From: a bacterium
GTDB taxonomy: Bacteria; SM23-81; DAOVCL01
NCBI GenBank assembly: GCA_029932675.1
Contig: JAOZPP010000003.1
Span: 10,079-74,078, forward strand
DNA length: 64,000 nucleotides
Direction: 5' to 3'
Below the pieces are notes generated by a model, which was given only the letters and a program-made list of their open reading frames with translations, was not told the DNA's origin and did no database searches. Both the position numbers and the translations under genes were made by a program. Shown piece after piece: positions 28,115 through 38,524 of this stretch; position 1 is the first letter of the stretch; each line of letters begins with the position of its first letter.

Positions 28115-29248
28115 TTAGCTAAGGGATGGGGAATCTGCCCCCTCGCTTTTCTGAAACTCCGTCCATCTGCGGTCTGCTGCTCCGGTAATCCCCTTGACTT
28201 TGAGCTCGAAGTCATCTGGATTTGTGCTGTTGAGAAGGGCATCTGCGTAGGTGATTAACCCTTGCTGATAGAGCTTCATAATGGATTGATCAAAGGTTTG
28301 CATTCCATACTGGGTCTGACCTGCTTCCATTAGATCGATGATCTGTGGAGTCTTGAGGGGATCGATGAGATAGTCTCTGACCGATGCCGTGCTTACCAAT
28401 ACCTCTACTGCTGGAACCCTCCCTTTCCCATCGGCCATATTTAGGAGCCGCTGAGAGATGATCGCTTTGAGCACCCCGGAGAGCAGGAGCCTGATCTGTT
28501 GATGCTGATGAGGGGGGAAGAAGGAAATGATGCGGTTGATGGTCTCAATGGCATTCAATGTATGGAGGGTGGAGAGGACCAGGTGGCCGGTATCTGCGGC
28601 AGTCAAGGCGATGGACATCGTCTCCATATCCCTTATCTCCCCTAAAAGGATGACATCAGGGTCCTGTCTGAAGGCCTGCCTGAGAGCGGTGGCAAAGCCC
28701 TCGGTATCCCCCCCTAATTCCCTCTGGTAGATAATGCTCTTTTTGTTTATATGTACATACTCAATGGGATCTTCAATGGTCAAGATGTTTGCCCGGCGGA
28801 TCTCGTTAATATGATCAACCATAGAGGCCAAGGTAGTGGATTTTCCCGACCCCGTGGTTCCAGTAACTAAGATTAACCCCCTCTGTTCTTCGGCCAATTT
28901 CTTCACCACCTGAGGGAGGTTGAGCTCCTCAAAACTGGGGATGACCCGTTTCACTGCCCTGACGGCCATACCGGGAGTCCCCCTTTGATAATAGAGGTTT
29001 ACCCGGAACCTTCCCAGCTTGGATACGCTCAAGGCCAGATCGAGCTCCTTCCTTTTGTAAAAACCATCGCCTTGCTCCGGGCTCAGGGCCTGACCAATTA
29101 TCTCCTTCATCCCCTCGAGGTCAACTGGGGGGGCATCCTTAAGGAAAAGCCTTCCATCTATGCGGAAGACCGGGGGCATCCCTACCCTGAGGTGAAGGTC
29201 TGAGGCCTTCTTTTCCAACATCTCCTGGAGTAACTCTCTTAAGTCCAT
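28115..29248 (-). CDS. pilT: Type IV pilus retraction ATPase PilT/PilU family
   Basis: Walker [11 protein letters not shown], with Asp and His boxes, and PilT N-terminal similarity. Confidence 0.85.
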   Translation of the reverse strand: MDLRELLQEMLEKKASDLHLRVGMPPVFRIDGRLFLKDAPPVDLEGMKEIIGQALSPEQGDGFYKRKELDLALSVSKLGRFRVNLYYQRGTPGMAVRAVKRVIPSFEELNLPQVVKKLAEEQRGLILVTGTTGSGKSTTLASMVDHINEIRRANILTIEDPIEYVHINKKSIIYQRELGGDTEGFATALRQAFRQDPDVILLGEIRDMETMSIALTAADTGHLVLSTLHTLNAIETINRIISFFPPHQHQQIRLLLSGVLKAIISQRLLNMADGKGRVPAVEVLVSTASVRDYLIDPLKTPQIIDLMEAGQTQYGMQTFDQSIMKLYQQGLITYADALLNSTNPDDFELKVKGITGAADRRWTEFQKSEGADSPSLS

Positions 29249-29280
29249 AATTGCCTTTGGTTTATCCTGAATATTTTGCT

Positions 29281-29745
29281 TTAAGTTGTTAACTCTACCA
29301 AGAAGAGGGGTTGGTCATACTCCACTGGATGGGCGTTCTCCACTAAGATCCTCACTATCCTCCCGGAAACTTCTGATTCGATCTCGTTCATCAGCTTCAT
29401 TGCCTCTACAATACAGACCGTATCCCCTTTCTTCACGATCTGGCCTTCCTCTACATAGGGTTCTGCCTCTGGAGCAGGGGCGCGGTAGAATGTGCCGACC
29501 ATTGGTGATCTTATCTCATAATGGTTCCCTTGGGGGCCCTCCTTAGGTTGGGCCTCTTCCTTATTGGCCACCTCCATCACCTGGGTGGGGCTGTGGTCTT
29601 CCCCCTGGGCTAAGGGGGTTTTCTCCTCCTTCTCCCTCCTTCGCCTGATAATCCTTACCTTAGTTCCCCACCTGGATAGCTCAAGCTCATCTATATTGCT
29701 CTCTTCCACCAATTTGACCAATTTCCTCAACTTAGATTCGCGCAT
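29281..29745 (-). CDS. accB: Biotin carboxyl carrier protein of acetyl-CoA carboxylase
   Basis: Biotinyl-lysine motif CIVEAMKLMNEIE. Confidence 0.9.
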   Translation of the reverse strand: MRESKLRKLVKLVEESNIDELELSRWGTKVRIIRRRREKEEKTPLAQGEDHSPTQVMEVANKEEAQPKEGPQGNHYEIRSPMVGTFYRAPAPEAEPYVEEGQIVKKGDTVCIVEAMKLMNEIESEVSGRIVRILVENAHPVEYDQPLFLVELTT

Positions 29746-29746
29746 C

Positions 29747-30304
29747 TTAGACCCTCTCTATATAGGTCCCCTCTCTGGTGTCCACCTTTACCCGATCCCC
29801 CCTTTGGACAAAGAGGGGGACCTGGATAGTGGCCCCAGTCTCCAACTTGGCCGGCTTCGTGCCCCCGGATACTGTATTCCCCCTCACTCCGGGTTCCGTT
29901 TCCACAACTTCCAGCTCAACAAAGATGGGCAGTTCAACTCCAATGGCTTCGTTGTTATGGGTCAAGACGGTAACCTCCGCGCCCTCCTTGAGGAAGGACT
30001 TCTCCCTTCCCAAGCCGGCTTCTGATATCGGCAACTGCTCATAGGTAGAGCTATCCATAAAGTAGTATAAACCTTCAGCGTGGTAAAGGTATTGCATGGG
30101 CCTCTTCTCCACCCTCGCCTCTTCAACCCGTTCCCCGGCCCGAAAGGTCTTCTCTAAGACACTTCCGTCGGAGAGCCTCTTCAGCTTTGTGCGCACAAAG
30201 GCCCCTCCCTTACCGGGTTTGACGTGGAGAAACTCTACAATAGTGTAGAGATTGCCCTTTAAACTGATGACCATCCCATTCCTGAAATCAGCGGTGGTAG
30301 CCAT
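29747..30304 (-). CDS. efp: Elongation factor P
   Basis: N-terminal EF-P signature (FRNGMVISLKGNLYTIVEFLHVKPGKGGAFVRTKLK). Confidence 0.95.
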   Translation of the reverse strand: MATTADFRNGMVISLKGNLYTIVEFLHVKPGKGGAFVRTKLKRLSDGSVLEKTFRAGERVEEARVEKRPMQYLYHAEGLYYFMDSSTYEQLPISEAGLGREKSFLKEGAEVTVLTHNNEAIGVELPIFVELEVVETEPGVRGNTVSGGTKPAKLETGATIQVPLFVQRGDRVKVDTREGTYIERV

Positions 30305-30313
30305 AGCTCAGCC

Positions 30314-31378
30314 TCACAGTTGAACCAGGTCTTTGGATAGATTCGTTAAGATCTCAGGGCCATCTCTTCTGATGACCACCATATCCTCAATCCTTATCCC
30401 TCCCCAGTTAGGGATGTAGACCCCTGGCTCGATGGTGATCACCATCCCCTCCTTGAGGACCGTCTCGCTTTGGGCCGATACCCGGGGTTCCTCATGGACT
30501 GAGATCCCTACCCCATGGCCCAGGGAGTGGCCGAAGTTGGAGCCATATCCTGCTTCCTCGATAACCTTGCGGGAGATCCCATCCAGTTCAGAGGCCTTAA
30601 CCCCTGCCCTCGCCCTTTCCAATCCAGCCTTCTGGGCCCGGTGCACCAACTGGTATATCCCCTTCTGCTTTTCATCGGGTTCCCCTAAGAAGATCGTGCG
30701 GGTGCAATCCGAGCAGTATCCCTGGTAGCTTGCGCCAAAATCGATTATCACCATCTCCCCGGCTCGGATCTCCTTTTCCGAGGCTAAACCATGGGGAAGG
30801 GCCGCCCGCCAACCCGAGGCCACTATCGTTTCAAAGGAGGGTTTTTCCGCTCCCTTCTTCTTCATCTGGTAATCAAGCTCTGTGGCCATTTCCTTTTCCC
30901 TTACCCCCGGATGGATTAGGTTCAAGGTCTCCTGGAAGGCCTCATCGGCGATCCTGGCCGCTTCCCTCATCCTTTGAATCTCCTCTTCATCCTTGACCGA
31001 CTTCAGGCCCTCTACCTTCCCCCTGCAGGGGATCAGATCGGCCCCTGGGAGAACCTCCTGCAACCTCTGATATCCATAGTAGGTAAGGTGTTCAGCCTCA
31101 AAACCTAACTTAAAACCATCGGTGAAGATCCCCAGTTTGGGAAGTTCGTCAAAGAGCCTCTTCTCCGCGATGACTATCTCCCACCCCTCTACCTCTTGGG
31201 CGGACTGTTCCTTATAACGGAAGTCGGTGATGAAGACCTTTCGCTGGGAGGTGACGAGGGCGGTTCCTGCCGAGCCAGAGAAACCAGTTAGCCAGTAGAT
31301 GTTCGGAAGGGAGGTGATCAGAAATCCATCCGCCTCGTCCAGGGAATCGAGCAACATCCTTAACCTCTTAGCCCTCAT
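30314..31378 (-). CDS. Xaa-Pro aminopeptidase/dipeptidase (M24 family)
   Basis: M24 metal-ligand motifs (HGVGISVHEEP, ...EPG). Confidence 0.9.
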   Translation of the reverse strand: MRAKRLRMLLDSLDEADGFLITSLPNIYWLTGFSGSAGTALVTSQRKVFITDFRYKEQSAQEVEGWEIVIAEKRLFDELPKLGIFTDGFKLGFEAEHLTYYGYQRLQEVLPGADLIPCRGKVEGLKSVKDEEEIQRMREAARIADEAFQETLNLIHPGVREKEMATELDYQMKKKGAEKPSFETIVASGWRAALPHGLASEKEIRAGEMVIIDFGASYQGYCSDCTRTIFLGEPDEKQKGIYQLVHRAQKAGLERARAGVKASELDGISRKVIEEAGYGSNFGHSLGHGVGISVHEEPRVSAQSETVLKEGMVITIEPGVYIPNWGGIRIEDMVVIRRDGPEILTNLSKDLVQL

Positions 31379-32450
31379 CTCCGGCCTCTTCCATTTGGTT
31401 CCTCAGCTCTTCGATCCTGTCCTTATACTCCTGGTTGTTTGGTTCTTTCTCCAAAAGCCTGGTGTAGACCTCCAGCGCCTTCTGGAGAAGGCCCTGTTTG
31501 CGATAGATCTCTGCTAAGGTAGGTGTCTCTATCCCGGCAAACTCACTCTCTAACCTCTCTATCCCCTCCTCCAAGCCCACAGAGGAAGCTTCCTCCTGGG
31601 CAGGGGTTTCCACCTCCTCTTCTTCCTGAGGAAGGCCTTCCTCTTTTAGGGGGGCGACCACCTCCGGTTGAGGGGGGGGAGCTTCTATTGGCCCAGGGGG
31701 GGGAGCTTCGGGCTCCGCTGCCTCCTGTGGGGGGGATTCGCCCTCAGAAGGCGGGATTTCTGGCTTCTCCTCTGCAGTCTCTACCCCTTCCGGGAGGGTT
31801 TCCCTCTGCGGGGGTTTTTCCTCCTCTTCAGGGGCCTCTATGGGCGGAGCTGGTGTGGGCTCTATAGTTGGTTGCTCTATACCCTCCTGGGGAGGGGCTT
31901 CCCTCGCCTCCTCCTCACCTTCCGGTGCAGGGACCTCCTCTTCCTCCAACTGCGGGGGCTCTGGGACAGCCTCCTCCTCTGCCGGGATCTCTAAGGGTTT
32001 CCCCTCCGCGACTTCCTCTACAGCTTTTTCCGCCTCCTCAGGGGGGGCCTCAATGGGTTCCAAGGGGGGAGGTTCGATTATAGGTTTCTCCTCTGCCAAA
32101 GGCTCCTGCGGTTCACTGACCTGTTTCGCCTCATATTCTTCCAAAAAACTTTTGGCCTTCCTATGAGAGGGCTCTATCTGGAGGATCTTTTGGGAGAGTT
32201 GCAGGGCCCTCTCCATATCCTCTTCCCTTTGGGCTATCTCCAATAGGCCCTGGAGGGCGCGGAGGTTCTCCCCCTCCGACTTCAACACCTCCTCCAACTT
32301 CCCCCTCGCCTCAGCAAACATCCCCTTGGTCAGATAAGCCTCCCCCAAGATGAGCTTGGCCTCCTGATAATGGGGGTATACCTCCAAGCCCTTCTTACAG
32401 ATGGATATTGCCTTCTCCACATCCCCCTCGGCCATGAACTTACCGGCCAA
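31368..32450 (-). CDS. TPR-repeat protein with a long Pro/Glu-rich low-complexity linker
   Basis: TPR helices at both ends, and a central PE-rich region of about 200 aa. Confidence 0.65.
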   Translation of the reverse strand: MAGKFMAEGDVEKAISICKKGLEVYPHYQEAKLILGEAYLTKGMFAEARGKLEEVLKSEGENLRALQGLLEIAQREEDMERALQLSQKILQIEPSHRKAKSFLEEYEAKQVSEPQEPLAEEKPIIEPPPLEPIEAPPEEAEKAVEEVAEGKPLEIPAEEEAVPEPPQLEEEEVPAPEGEEEAREAPPQEGIEQPTIEPTPAPPIEAPEEEEKPPQRETLPEGVETAEEKPEIPPSEGESPPQEAAEPEAPPPGPIEAPPPQPEVVAPLKEEGLPQEEEEVETPAQEEASSVGLEEGIERLESEFAGIETPTLAEIYRKQGLLQKALEVYTRLLEKEPNNQEYKDRIEELRNQMEEAGDEG

Positions 32451-32667
32451 TTTGGCAAATACCTGGAATCTATCGCTTAGGTCTGGACCAGCCAGAATCG
32501 GCCTCCTTTTTGATTCGGTAATAATTAGTGAACCCCTTGCTCACATCGGCATTCAAGGGAGTTTCCTCCCCCTTGATGGGGGAGGACTAAGGGGAGGATG
32601 ATTATAGAAGAGATTTGTAGGGACAGTCTGTCCGTTCCCCTTCTAAAACATAATAGCAAAGTAGCCT

Positions 32668-33210
32668 TTACCTGTCAAGGGAACTTTTGAAAATTTTGTC
32701 CTTATCCGGGCAATATCTCTCCAAGATCCTTTGGATCAAACCCTTTGTGCTTTTCTCCTCCACGATCTTCACAGTCACCACCCGGCCACCTCTGCTCTCC
32801 ACAACGTCCTTCCCCACTACATCTTCTGGTTTCCAGTCCCCCCCCTTAACGATATAATCGGGTTGAAGAAGGGTGATTAACCGGTAAGGGGTCTCCTCAT
32901 CAAAGATACAGACATAATCCACCATCTCCAGGGAGGCGAGGATAGTTGCCCTCTCCCCTTGGGGAACTATTGGCCTCCTCTCCCCCTTAACCCTCCTCAT
33001 CGAAGAATCGCTATTCAACCCAACGATGAGGAAGTCCCCTAACTTCTTTGCCTCCCGCAGACAATGGATATGGCCTATATGAAGGAGATCAAAACAGCCA
33101 TTGGTGAAGACTACCCTCTTGCCTTCCCATCGCTTCCTGGCCTCCAAGAGGTCCTTTAAACCAACTACTTCGCCCATTCTCCATACCAATGATTGATCGA
33201 GGAAAAACAA
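32668..33210 (-). CDS. rfaE2: D-glycero-beta-D-manno-heptose-1-phosphate adenylyltransferase (RfaE domain II / HldE C-terminal-like cytidylyltransferase)
   Basis: VFTNGCFDLLHIGHIHCL nucleotidyltransferase (H/T)xGH motif and an RfaE2-like core. Confidence 0.8.
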   Translation of the reverse strand: MFFLDQSLVWRMGEVVGLKDLLEARKRWEGKRVVFTNGCFDLLHIGHIHCLREAKKLGDFLIVGLNSDSSMRRVKGERRPIVPQGERATILASLEMVDYVCIFDEETPYRLITLLQPDYIVKGGDWKPEDVVGKDVVESRGGRVVTVKIVEEKSTKGLIQRILERYCPDKDKIFKSSLDR

Positions 33211-33334
33211 CAGAATTGGGTTTTAGGTTGTCACCGATGGTCTTGTACGCCTGGGGATAATATTGCTCCCCTTGCCCCAAAAGTCAACCTCTTTTTCGGT
33301 AGGGGATAGGTAAGGATTCACAAAATTGGGTGGG

Positions 33335-33363
33335 AGAAAGAAAAAGGGGCTTGGGAAAGCCCC
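33335..33363 (-). terminator. Intrinsic terminator immediately 3' of tRNA-fMet
   Basis: On the minus strand, GGGGCTTtcccAAGCCCC is followed by TTTTTTCTTT. Confidence 0.8.
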
Positions 33364-33374
33364 TGCAGGTTTAG

Positions 33375-33448
<74 letters not shown>

Positions 33449-33469
33449 ATGATTTATTTAAATATAAGG

Positions 33470-34738
33470 TCAATTTTCAGCCTTGTCAAGGTTTTTCTTT
33501 TCAATTTTTGCCGAAGGGAGTTCCAACTCTACCTTGGTTATTCTCTGTCCCTTGACTTCCTTGATTAAGAATCTGATGCCCTCATACTCCAGCTCTGTCC
33601 CCTCTTGGGGGATACTATTCGCCAGATCATAGAGGAATCCTCCCAGGGTCTCGTAATCCTGGGTGGGGAGGTCAATCTCCAACTGCTCATTGAGATCATC
33701 GATAGAGACCATAGCCGCTACCAAATAGGTTCCCTCCCTTAAGGGGGTAATCAACTGCTCTTCCCGGTCATATTCATCCTGGATCTCACCAACGATCTCC
33801 TCTAAGAGATCCTCCAAGGTAACTATTCCTGCAGTTCCTCCATATTCGTCAACCACCACTGCCATATGGATCTTTTTTCTCTTAAACTCGCGGAGGAGTT
33901 CGTTGATCCCTTTGCTTTCCGGCACGAAATAGGCTTTGCGGGCAACCTTCTGGAGGGAAAAGTTCTTCCCCTTCTGATGGAGGTTTTGCAGGAGGTCCTT
34001 GGCATAGATGATGCCCACTATATTGTCTATCTTCCCATCATAGAGAGGGATTCTGGAGTGGCCATACTTTACAATCAGGTCTAAGACCTCCTCTAAGCTG
34101 TTTTGAAGGCTTGCCGAGATCACATCTATGCGGGGCACCATAACTTCCTTTACCGTAGTATCAGCAAATTCGAAGATGCCTTGAATCATCTCCTTCTCCT
34201 CCTGCTCCAGCTCTTCCAGCTCCCTCCCCTCATCTTTGAGGGAGGGAAGCCTCTCCAAGGTGGAGATGAGTCCCTCCTCCCTCCTTTTTATTAGCTTAAG
34301 AAAGGGAAGTCCCACTGTAAAGGTGAAGATTGGGGAAAGGAGGCCAAAGAGGGTTAGGCAGAGGAAGCCGAACTTAGAGGGGTAATCCTTGGAGCCAGAG
34401 GCGAGGAATTTGGGGATGATCCAGCCAATAAGGTAGAGGATCACCCACCCCCCGAAAAGTCCTCCTCCCCAAGCAAAGGGTGAACCACCGAAGGTCCTCA
34501 GGGAAAAGCTGAGGGAACCAAGGATTCCTACAGAATAGGAAAAGAGCCTTAGCCCCTCCATCCCCAAGGTTAACTTCCCCCTTTGGCAGAGGAGTCCGTT
34601 TAGCCTTTTCGCCTCCTTGCTTGTCTCCCCCCAGATCCTTTCTGCCCTCTCCGGGGTGAGACTGCTGTAAAGGGAAAGCGTGTAGTTGACCAGGGCCAGA
34701 ACTACTAAGGAAAAGAGCAATAGACCTATCTCAATCAT
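33470..34738 (-). CDS. corC: HlyC/CorC-family transporter (CNNM/DUF21 + CBS pair + CorC_HlyC)
   Basis: An N-terminal DUF21 TM domain, tandem CBS domains, and a C-terminal transporter-associated domain. Confidence 0.85.
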   Translation of the reverse strand: MIEIGLLLFSLVVLALVNYTLSLYSSLTPERAERIWGETSKEAKRLNGLLCQRGKLTLGMEGLRLFSYSVGILGSLSFSLRTFGGSPFAWGGGLFGGWVILYLIGWIIPKFLASGSKDYPSKFGFLCLTLFGLLSPIFTFTVGLPFLKLIKRREEGLISTLERLPSLKDEGRELEELEQEEKEMIQGIFEFADTTVKEVMVPRIDVISASLQNSLEEVLDLIVKYGHSRIPLYDGKIDNIVGIIYAKDLLQNLHQKGKNFSLQKVARKAYFVPESKGINELLREFKRKKIHMAVVVDEYGGTAGIVTLEDLLEEIVGEIQDEYDREEQLITPLREGTYLVAAMVSIDDLNEQLEIDLPTQDYETLGGFLYDLANSIPQEGTELEYEGIRFLIKEVKGQRITKVELELPSAKIEKKNLDKAEN

Positions 34739-35160
34739 CGGGGCTCACCTGATAAGAGTTGATCTTCCTTCTCTTTCATCTGCTTAGCCTCCTTGTTGGT
34801 TTCGTGGTCATAGCCTAAGAGGTGGAGTATCCCATGGATAATCAGCCTCCTAGTCTCATCCTCCAACCCGATTCCATAATCCCGTGCCTGTTCTGCAGCG
34901 CGGTCCAAGGAGATGTAGATCTCCCCCCAGACCATCTCCTCTGTGGGGAGCCTCTGTGCGGGGAAGGGAAAGGAGAGGACATCTGTAGGGCCCGTTCTTC
35001 CGGTAAACCTACGGTTTAAGTTGGTGATATAGGAATCATCTGTAAGGACGATGTGCAACCTCCCTTTATCCATTTGGGGTAGGGCCTTTAAAGCTAAACT
35101 GCGGAGCTTCTCCAGCCTGAGCTTTACCTTGGGATGGATGTTGGTTATCCAGACCTCCAT
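34735..35160 (-). CDS. ybeY: rRNA maturation endoribonuclease YbeY
   Basis: HGILHLLGYDHE zinc-binding motif. Confidence 0.9.
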   Translation of the reverse strand: MEVWITNIHPKVKLRLEKLRSLALKALPQMDKGRLHIVLTDDSYITNLNRRFTGRTGPTDVLSFPFPAQRLPTEEMVWGEIYISLDRAAEQARDYGIGLEDETRRLIIHGILHLLGYDHETNKEAKQMKEKEDQLLSGEPR

Positions 35161-37355
35161 TAGGGCCTGGCCTCCGATTTTGCCCTCCCCTTTGGGGGAT
35201 ACTCAACCCGCGGGTGAAACATACCGGTGAGGACACGGACAAAGCTCTCCTCTATTAAATGGAGGTCCCGCAGGGTGATCTCACAGTTCTCCAATTCCCC
35301 AGAGGAGAACTTGTCGTTAATGATCTTTTTTACCAACCCCTTGATCCGCGCCGGAGTAGCTTCAGTGAGGGTGCGGGAGGCTGCCTCTACGGCATCGGCC
35401 AGCATTATGACGGCGGCCTCCTTCGTTTCTGGCTTCGGTCCTGGATAACGGAACTTATCCTTTACCGTCTCATCGGCCCCCATCTGCTTGGCCTTCTCAT
35501 AGAAATAGTCCATTGTCGTTGTGCCATGATGTTGCTGAATGACATCGATTATTGGCTTGGGTAGTTTTTCCCTTTTGGCCTCCTCCACTCCCTCTTTGAC
35601 ATGGGAGAGCAGCACAAGGCTGCTCATTGTAGGAGCAAGTTTTGTATGGGGGTTCTTCCTCCCCTGGGTTTGGTTCTCCACGAAGTAATCCGGTTTCACC
35701 AGTTTTCCGATATCATGGTAGTAGGAGCTAACCCGGGCCAAGAGGGAGTTTGCCCCTATAGCCTCGGCGGCGGCTTCAGCCAGGTTTCCCACCGCCAGGC
35801 TATGATGGTAAGTTCCTGGGGCTTCGATAGCCATTCGTCTGAGGATAGGCCGATTTAAGTCAGAGAGCTCAAGAAGGGTGACATCCGTGGTTATCCCAAA
35901 GATCCGTTCGAAGATGGGCAAAAAGCCCATAGCCAAGAGGGGAGAGAGAAATCCATTTAGGATTCCACAACTGGAGAGCTCAAACCTCTGAGCCAAGGGG
36001 GAGAACTTGAGGGTCTCCACCAGGAATATGGTGATCACATAGGTGATGGAGATGTAAAGCATTGGTTTGTAGAATTGATGTCGTTGTCTGAGCCTAAGCA
36101 CGCTATAGGCACCGATCACTCCCCCTACTATAGCGACCAGAGCTGAGGAGAAGTCAAAGCTGCGCTGCACCCCTAAGAGGAGCCCCGCGGTCACCGTTCC
36201 CATTATCCCTATCTGGGCATTGAGGGAGATGGCTAAGATCATAGAGACCAAGGTAACCGGGACAAGATAGGGGCTGAGGCTGAACCAACCGCAGATGATA
36301 TAGGTGGTCAGGGAGACGAAGCAGAAGAGTATGGCAATGAGGGATAGTTTTTCGAATTGGGCCAAGATCTTTCTCTGGAAGAAGAAGAGGTAAGAGCAGA
36401 AGAGGCCGATGATGAGAGAGACCATAAGGAACCTCCCCACTAAGGGGAGGCCTTGGGCTAGAAACCCCCTTTCCCTCTTTGACCTTGCTATGGCTAAGGA
36501 ACGGAGCTTCTCCAAATGGGCTTTTGTTACCCTCTCGTGGCTGCCGATTATCCGTTCATTCTTTAAGACCAGGCCCTTCTGGGGGGATATCCTTGATATC
36601 GCCTCCTCAACCCTCTTTTCTGTCTCCTTCTGATTAAACCTTAGATTGGGGAAGAGGAAACCTGCGGAGAGCTCCGCAGCTATCTGGGCCGAGGAGTCAT
36701 CATCAGGGAAGTCCCCCTTTATCTTCCCCCTGATTATTTCCCTTGCGGCAGCTAAATCCAGGATTTCCTTGGGGCTTACCTCCCTCTCCTCCTTCCCGTT
36801 GCGGATGATTACCACCCTTTGTTTTCCCCCCAGGGCCTCTTTCTTAGACCCCACGATCCCCTGAGAGAAGAGGTAGCCGAGGAGGTCCTTGACCTCTTTT
36901 TCTATCTTCCTCCCCTTCCCCTTTTCCCGCAGGTAGTCTATTACCTTGGGAGGGATAAGGGGATATTGGTGGATCAAAAGGGCCAAACTATCTGGGGAAG
37001 ATGTTTCCCTAAGCCTTCTCACCTGCTGAAAGAACCTCTTTATCCCCGCAAGTTTTGTCTGGGTCAACCCCCGATCTAAATCGAAGACCAGGGGTGCAGT
37101 AGAGGCCACCTCCTCGGTTTCCTTGGCCAGCTCTTCGTCGCTCTTTAAGATTGGGAAGGTATAGGGGGCGATGACGTCCTTGTGGGAGATATCTCCTAAC
37201 TTGGGCATATCAATGGGTTGGTAGAGGTATGAGTTGGGGAAGAGGGCGGAGATGATGGCTATAGTGATCACCCCTAAGAGGATTTGGTAAAACCAGTTTT
37301 TCTGTTTCTGAGGGGGCTTGGAATTTGGCTTATTTGATCTTTTCATATCTATCAA
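35160..37355 (-). CDS. Membrane-associated 7TM receptor with an intracellular HD/HDIG phosphohydrolase domain (YqfF-like)
   Basis: An N-terminal extracellular domain, a 7TM segment, and a C-terminal HD motif (HHSLAVGNLAE...HDIGK). Confidence 0.85.
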   Translation of the reverse strand: MIDMKRSNKPNSKPPQKQKNWFYQILLGVITIAIISALFPNSYLYQPIDMPKLGDISHKDVIAPYTFPILKSDEELAKETEEVASTAPLVFDLDRGLTQTKLAGIKRFFQQVRRLRETSSPDSLALLIHQYPLIPPKVIDYLREKGKGRKIEKEVKDLLGYLFSQGIVGSKKEALGGKQRVVIIRNGKEEREVSPKEILDLAAAREIIRGKIKGDFPDDDSSAQIAAELSAGFLFPNLRFNQKETEKRVEEAISRISPQKGLVLKNERIIGSHERVTKAHLEKLRSLAIARSKRERGFLAQGLPLVGRFLMVSLIIGLFCSYLFFFQRKILAQFEKLSLIAILFCFVSLTTYIICGWFSLSPYLVPVTLVSMILAISLNAQIGIMGTVTAGLLLGVQRSFDFSSALVAIVGGVIGAYSVLRLRQRHQFYKPMLYISITYVITIFLVETLKFSPLAQRFELSSCGILNGFLSPLLAMGFLPIFERIFGITTDVTLLELSDLNRPILRRMAIEAPGTYHHSLAVGNLAEAAAEAIGANSLLARVSSYYHDIGKLVKPDYFVENQTQGRKNPHTKLAPTMSSLVLLSHVKEGVEEAKREKLPKPIIDVIQQHHGTTTMDYFYEKAKQMGADETVKDKFRYPGPKPETKEAAVIMLADAVEAASRTLTEATPARIKGLVKKIINDKFSSGELENCEITLRDLHLIEESFVRVLTGMFHPRVEYPPKGRAKSEARP

Positions 37356-38274
37356 AAGCCCTGATTATCTCTTGGACTAGCCGGTGTCTGACCACATCTT
37401 TTTCGGTAAGATAGATGAATTTTATCCCCGCGACATCCTTGAGGATGTTTTGGATGAGGATTAGCCCAGAGGAGGAGGGATCGCCCAGGTCTATCTGGGT
37501 TATGTCTCCGGTAATCACCGCGCGGGAGTGGGGTCCCAATCTGGTGAGGAACATCTTCATTTGGGCGATAGTTGTATTCTGGGCCTCATCAAGGATGACA
37601 AAGGCCCTCTTTAGGTTTCTGCCCCTCATATAGGCCAAAGGGGCAATCTCAATTACTCCCTCCTCTATGGATCTCCTCATCTTCTGCGGGGGGAGCATAT
37701 CGTAGAGGGCGTCGTAGAGGGGACGAAGATAGGGATCCACCTTTTCCTTGAAATCTCCGGGAAGAAAACCGAGGCTCTCCCCGGCCTCCACCGCTGGCCT
37801 AACCAGGACTATCCTTTGGATAAGCCTTTCCTTGAGGGAGGAGACGGCCATAGCTACTGCTAAGTAGGTCTTTCCTGTCCCGGCTGGGCCAATGGAGAAG
37901 ACGATGTCAAATTTGGCCATCGCCTCCAAGTAGTCCCTCTGTCCCAGGGTTCTTGGCCTTATTCCCTCTAAACGGGAGGAAAGCACAAACGGCGGTGACT
38001 CCAAGTTAGAGCTCCCCTCCTTCTTTACCTTCTCCAGGAAGAAGCGGACATCATCCTCGGTGCAAAAATGACCCCTTTTAGCTTGGTCCATCAGGTCAAG
38101 CAAGAGGAGCCTTATCTCCTCCACCTCCTTTTCCTGACCCTTTACCATCACCTTGCGCCCCCGCACTACTATCTGGGAGGTGAACTTCTCCTCAATCCTC
38201 CTCAGGTTTCTATCGTTGAGCCCAAAGATGGCTACAGGCTCGACATCGGGAAGTGTTAGTCTTATCGTCTTCAA
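37330..38274 (-). CDS. phoH: PhoH-family ATPase
   Basis: Walker A GPAGTGKTYLA and PhoH C-terminal similarity. Confidence 0.9.
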   Translation of the reverse strand: MKTIRLTLPDVEPVAIFGLNDRNLRRIEEKFTSQIVVRGRKVMVKGQEKEVEEIRLLLLDLMDQAKRGHFCTEDDVRFFLEKVKKEGSSNLESPPFVLSSRLEGIRPRTLGQRDYLEAMAKFDIVFSIGPAGTGKTYLAVAMAVSSLKERLIQRIVLVRPAVEAGESLGFLPGDFKEKVDPYLRPLYDALYDMLPPQKMRRSIEEGVIEIAPLAYMRGRNLKRAFVILDEAQNTTIAQMKMFLTRLGPHSRAVITGDITQIDLGDPSSSGLILIQNILKDVAGIKFIYLTEKDVVRHRLVQEIIRAFDRYEKIK

Positions 38275-38352
38275 GGATAACCTCCAAGATCTTGATTTAG
38301 TTGGCTAAGGTTATTCACGAAAGCGCTTGGTATGAATTATCACAGCCTTTTT

Positions 38353-38378
38353 GCCGTCAGATCTGGGGACCTGACGGC
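38353..38378. repeat. Hairpin element GCCGTCAGatctggggaccTGACGGC in the aspS-phoH intergenic region, followed by further hairpins up to about 38520
   Basis: An 8-bp perfect stem. It is a reverse-orientation homolog of the 3256-3279 element, with compensatory stem substitutions. Confidence 0.6.
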
Positions 38379-38524
38379 TCGGGGGTGCTAAACACCGCAA
38401 GATAAATTCCTTCACTGACCTGACCCGCACTAAAGTGCGGTGGAACTTAAAGGTTGCTTCGCTCCCTGCGGTCGCTTGCAATGAGGGACGTAGGGAGAGA
38501 GATCTGTGTCCCTCCGCCCCTTTA

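Noticed and set aside
31523-32166. Several plus-strand ORFs (Pro/Gly/Ser-rich) inside the TPR gene
   Set aside because: They are antisense shadows of the low-complexity PE-rich coding region of the minus-strand TPR gene.
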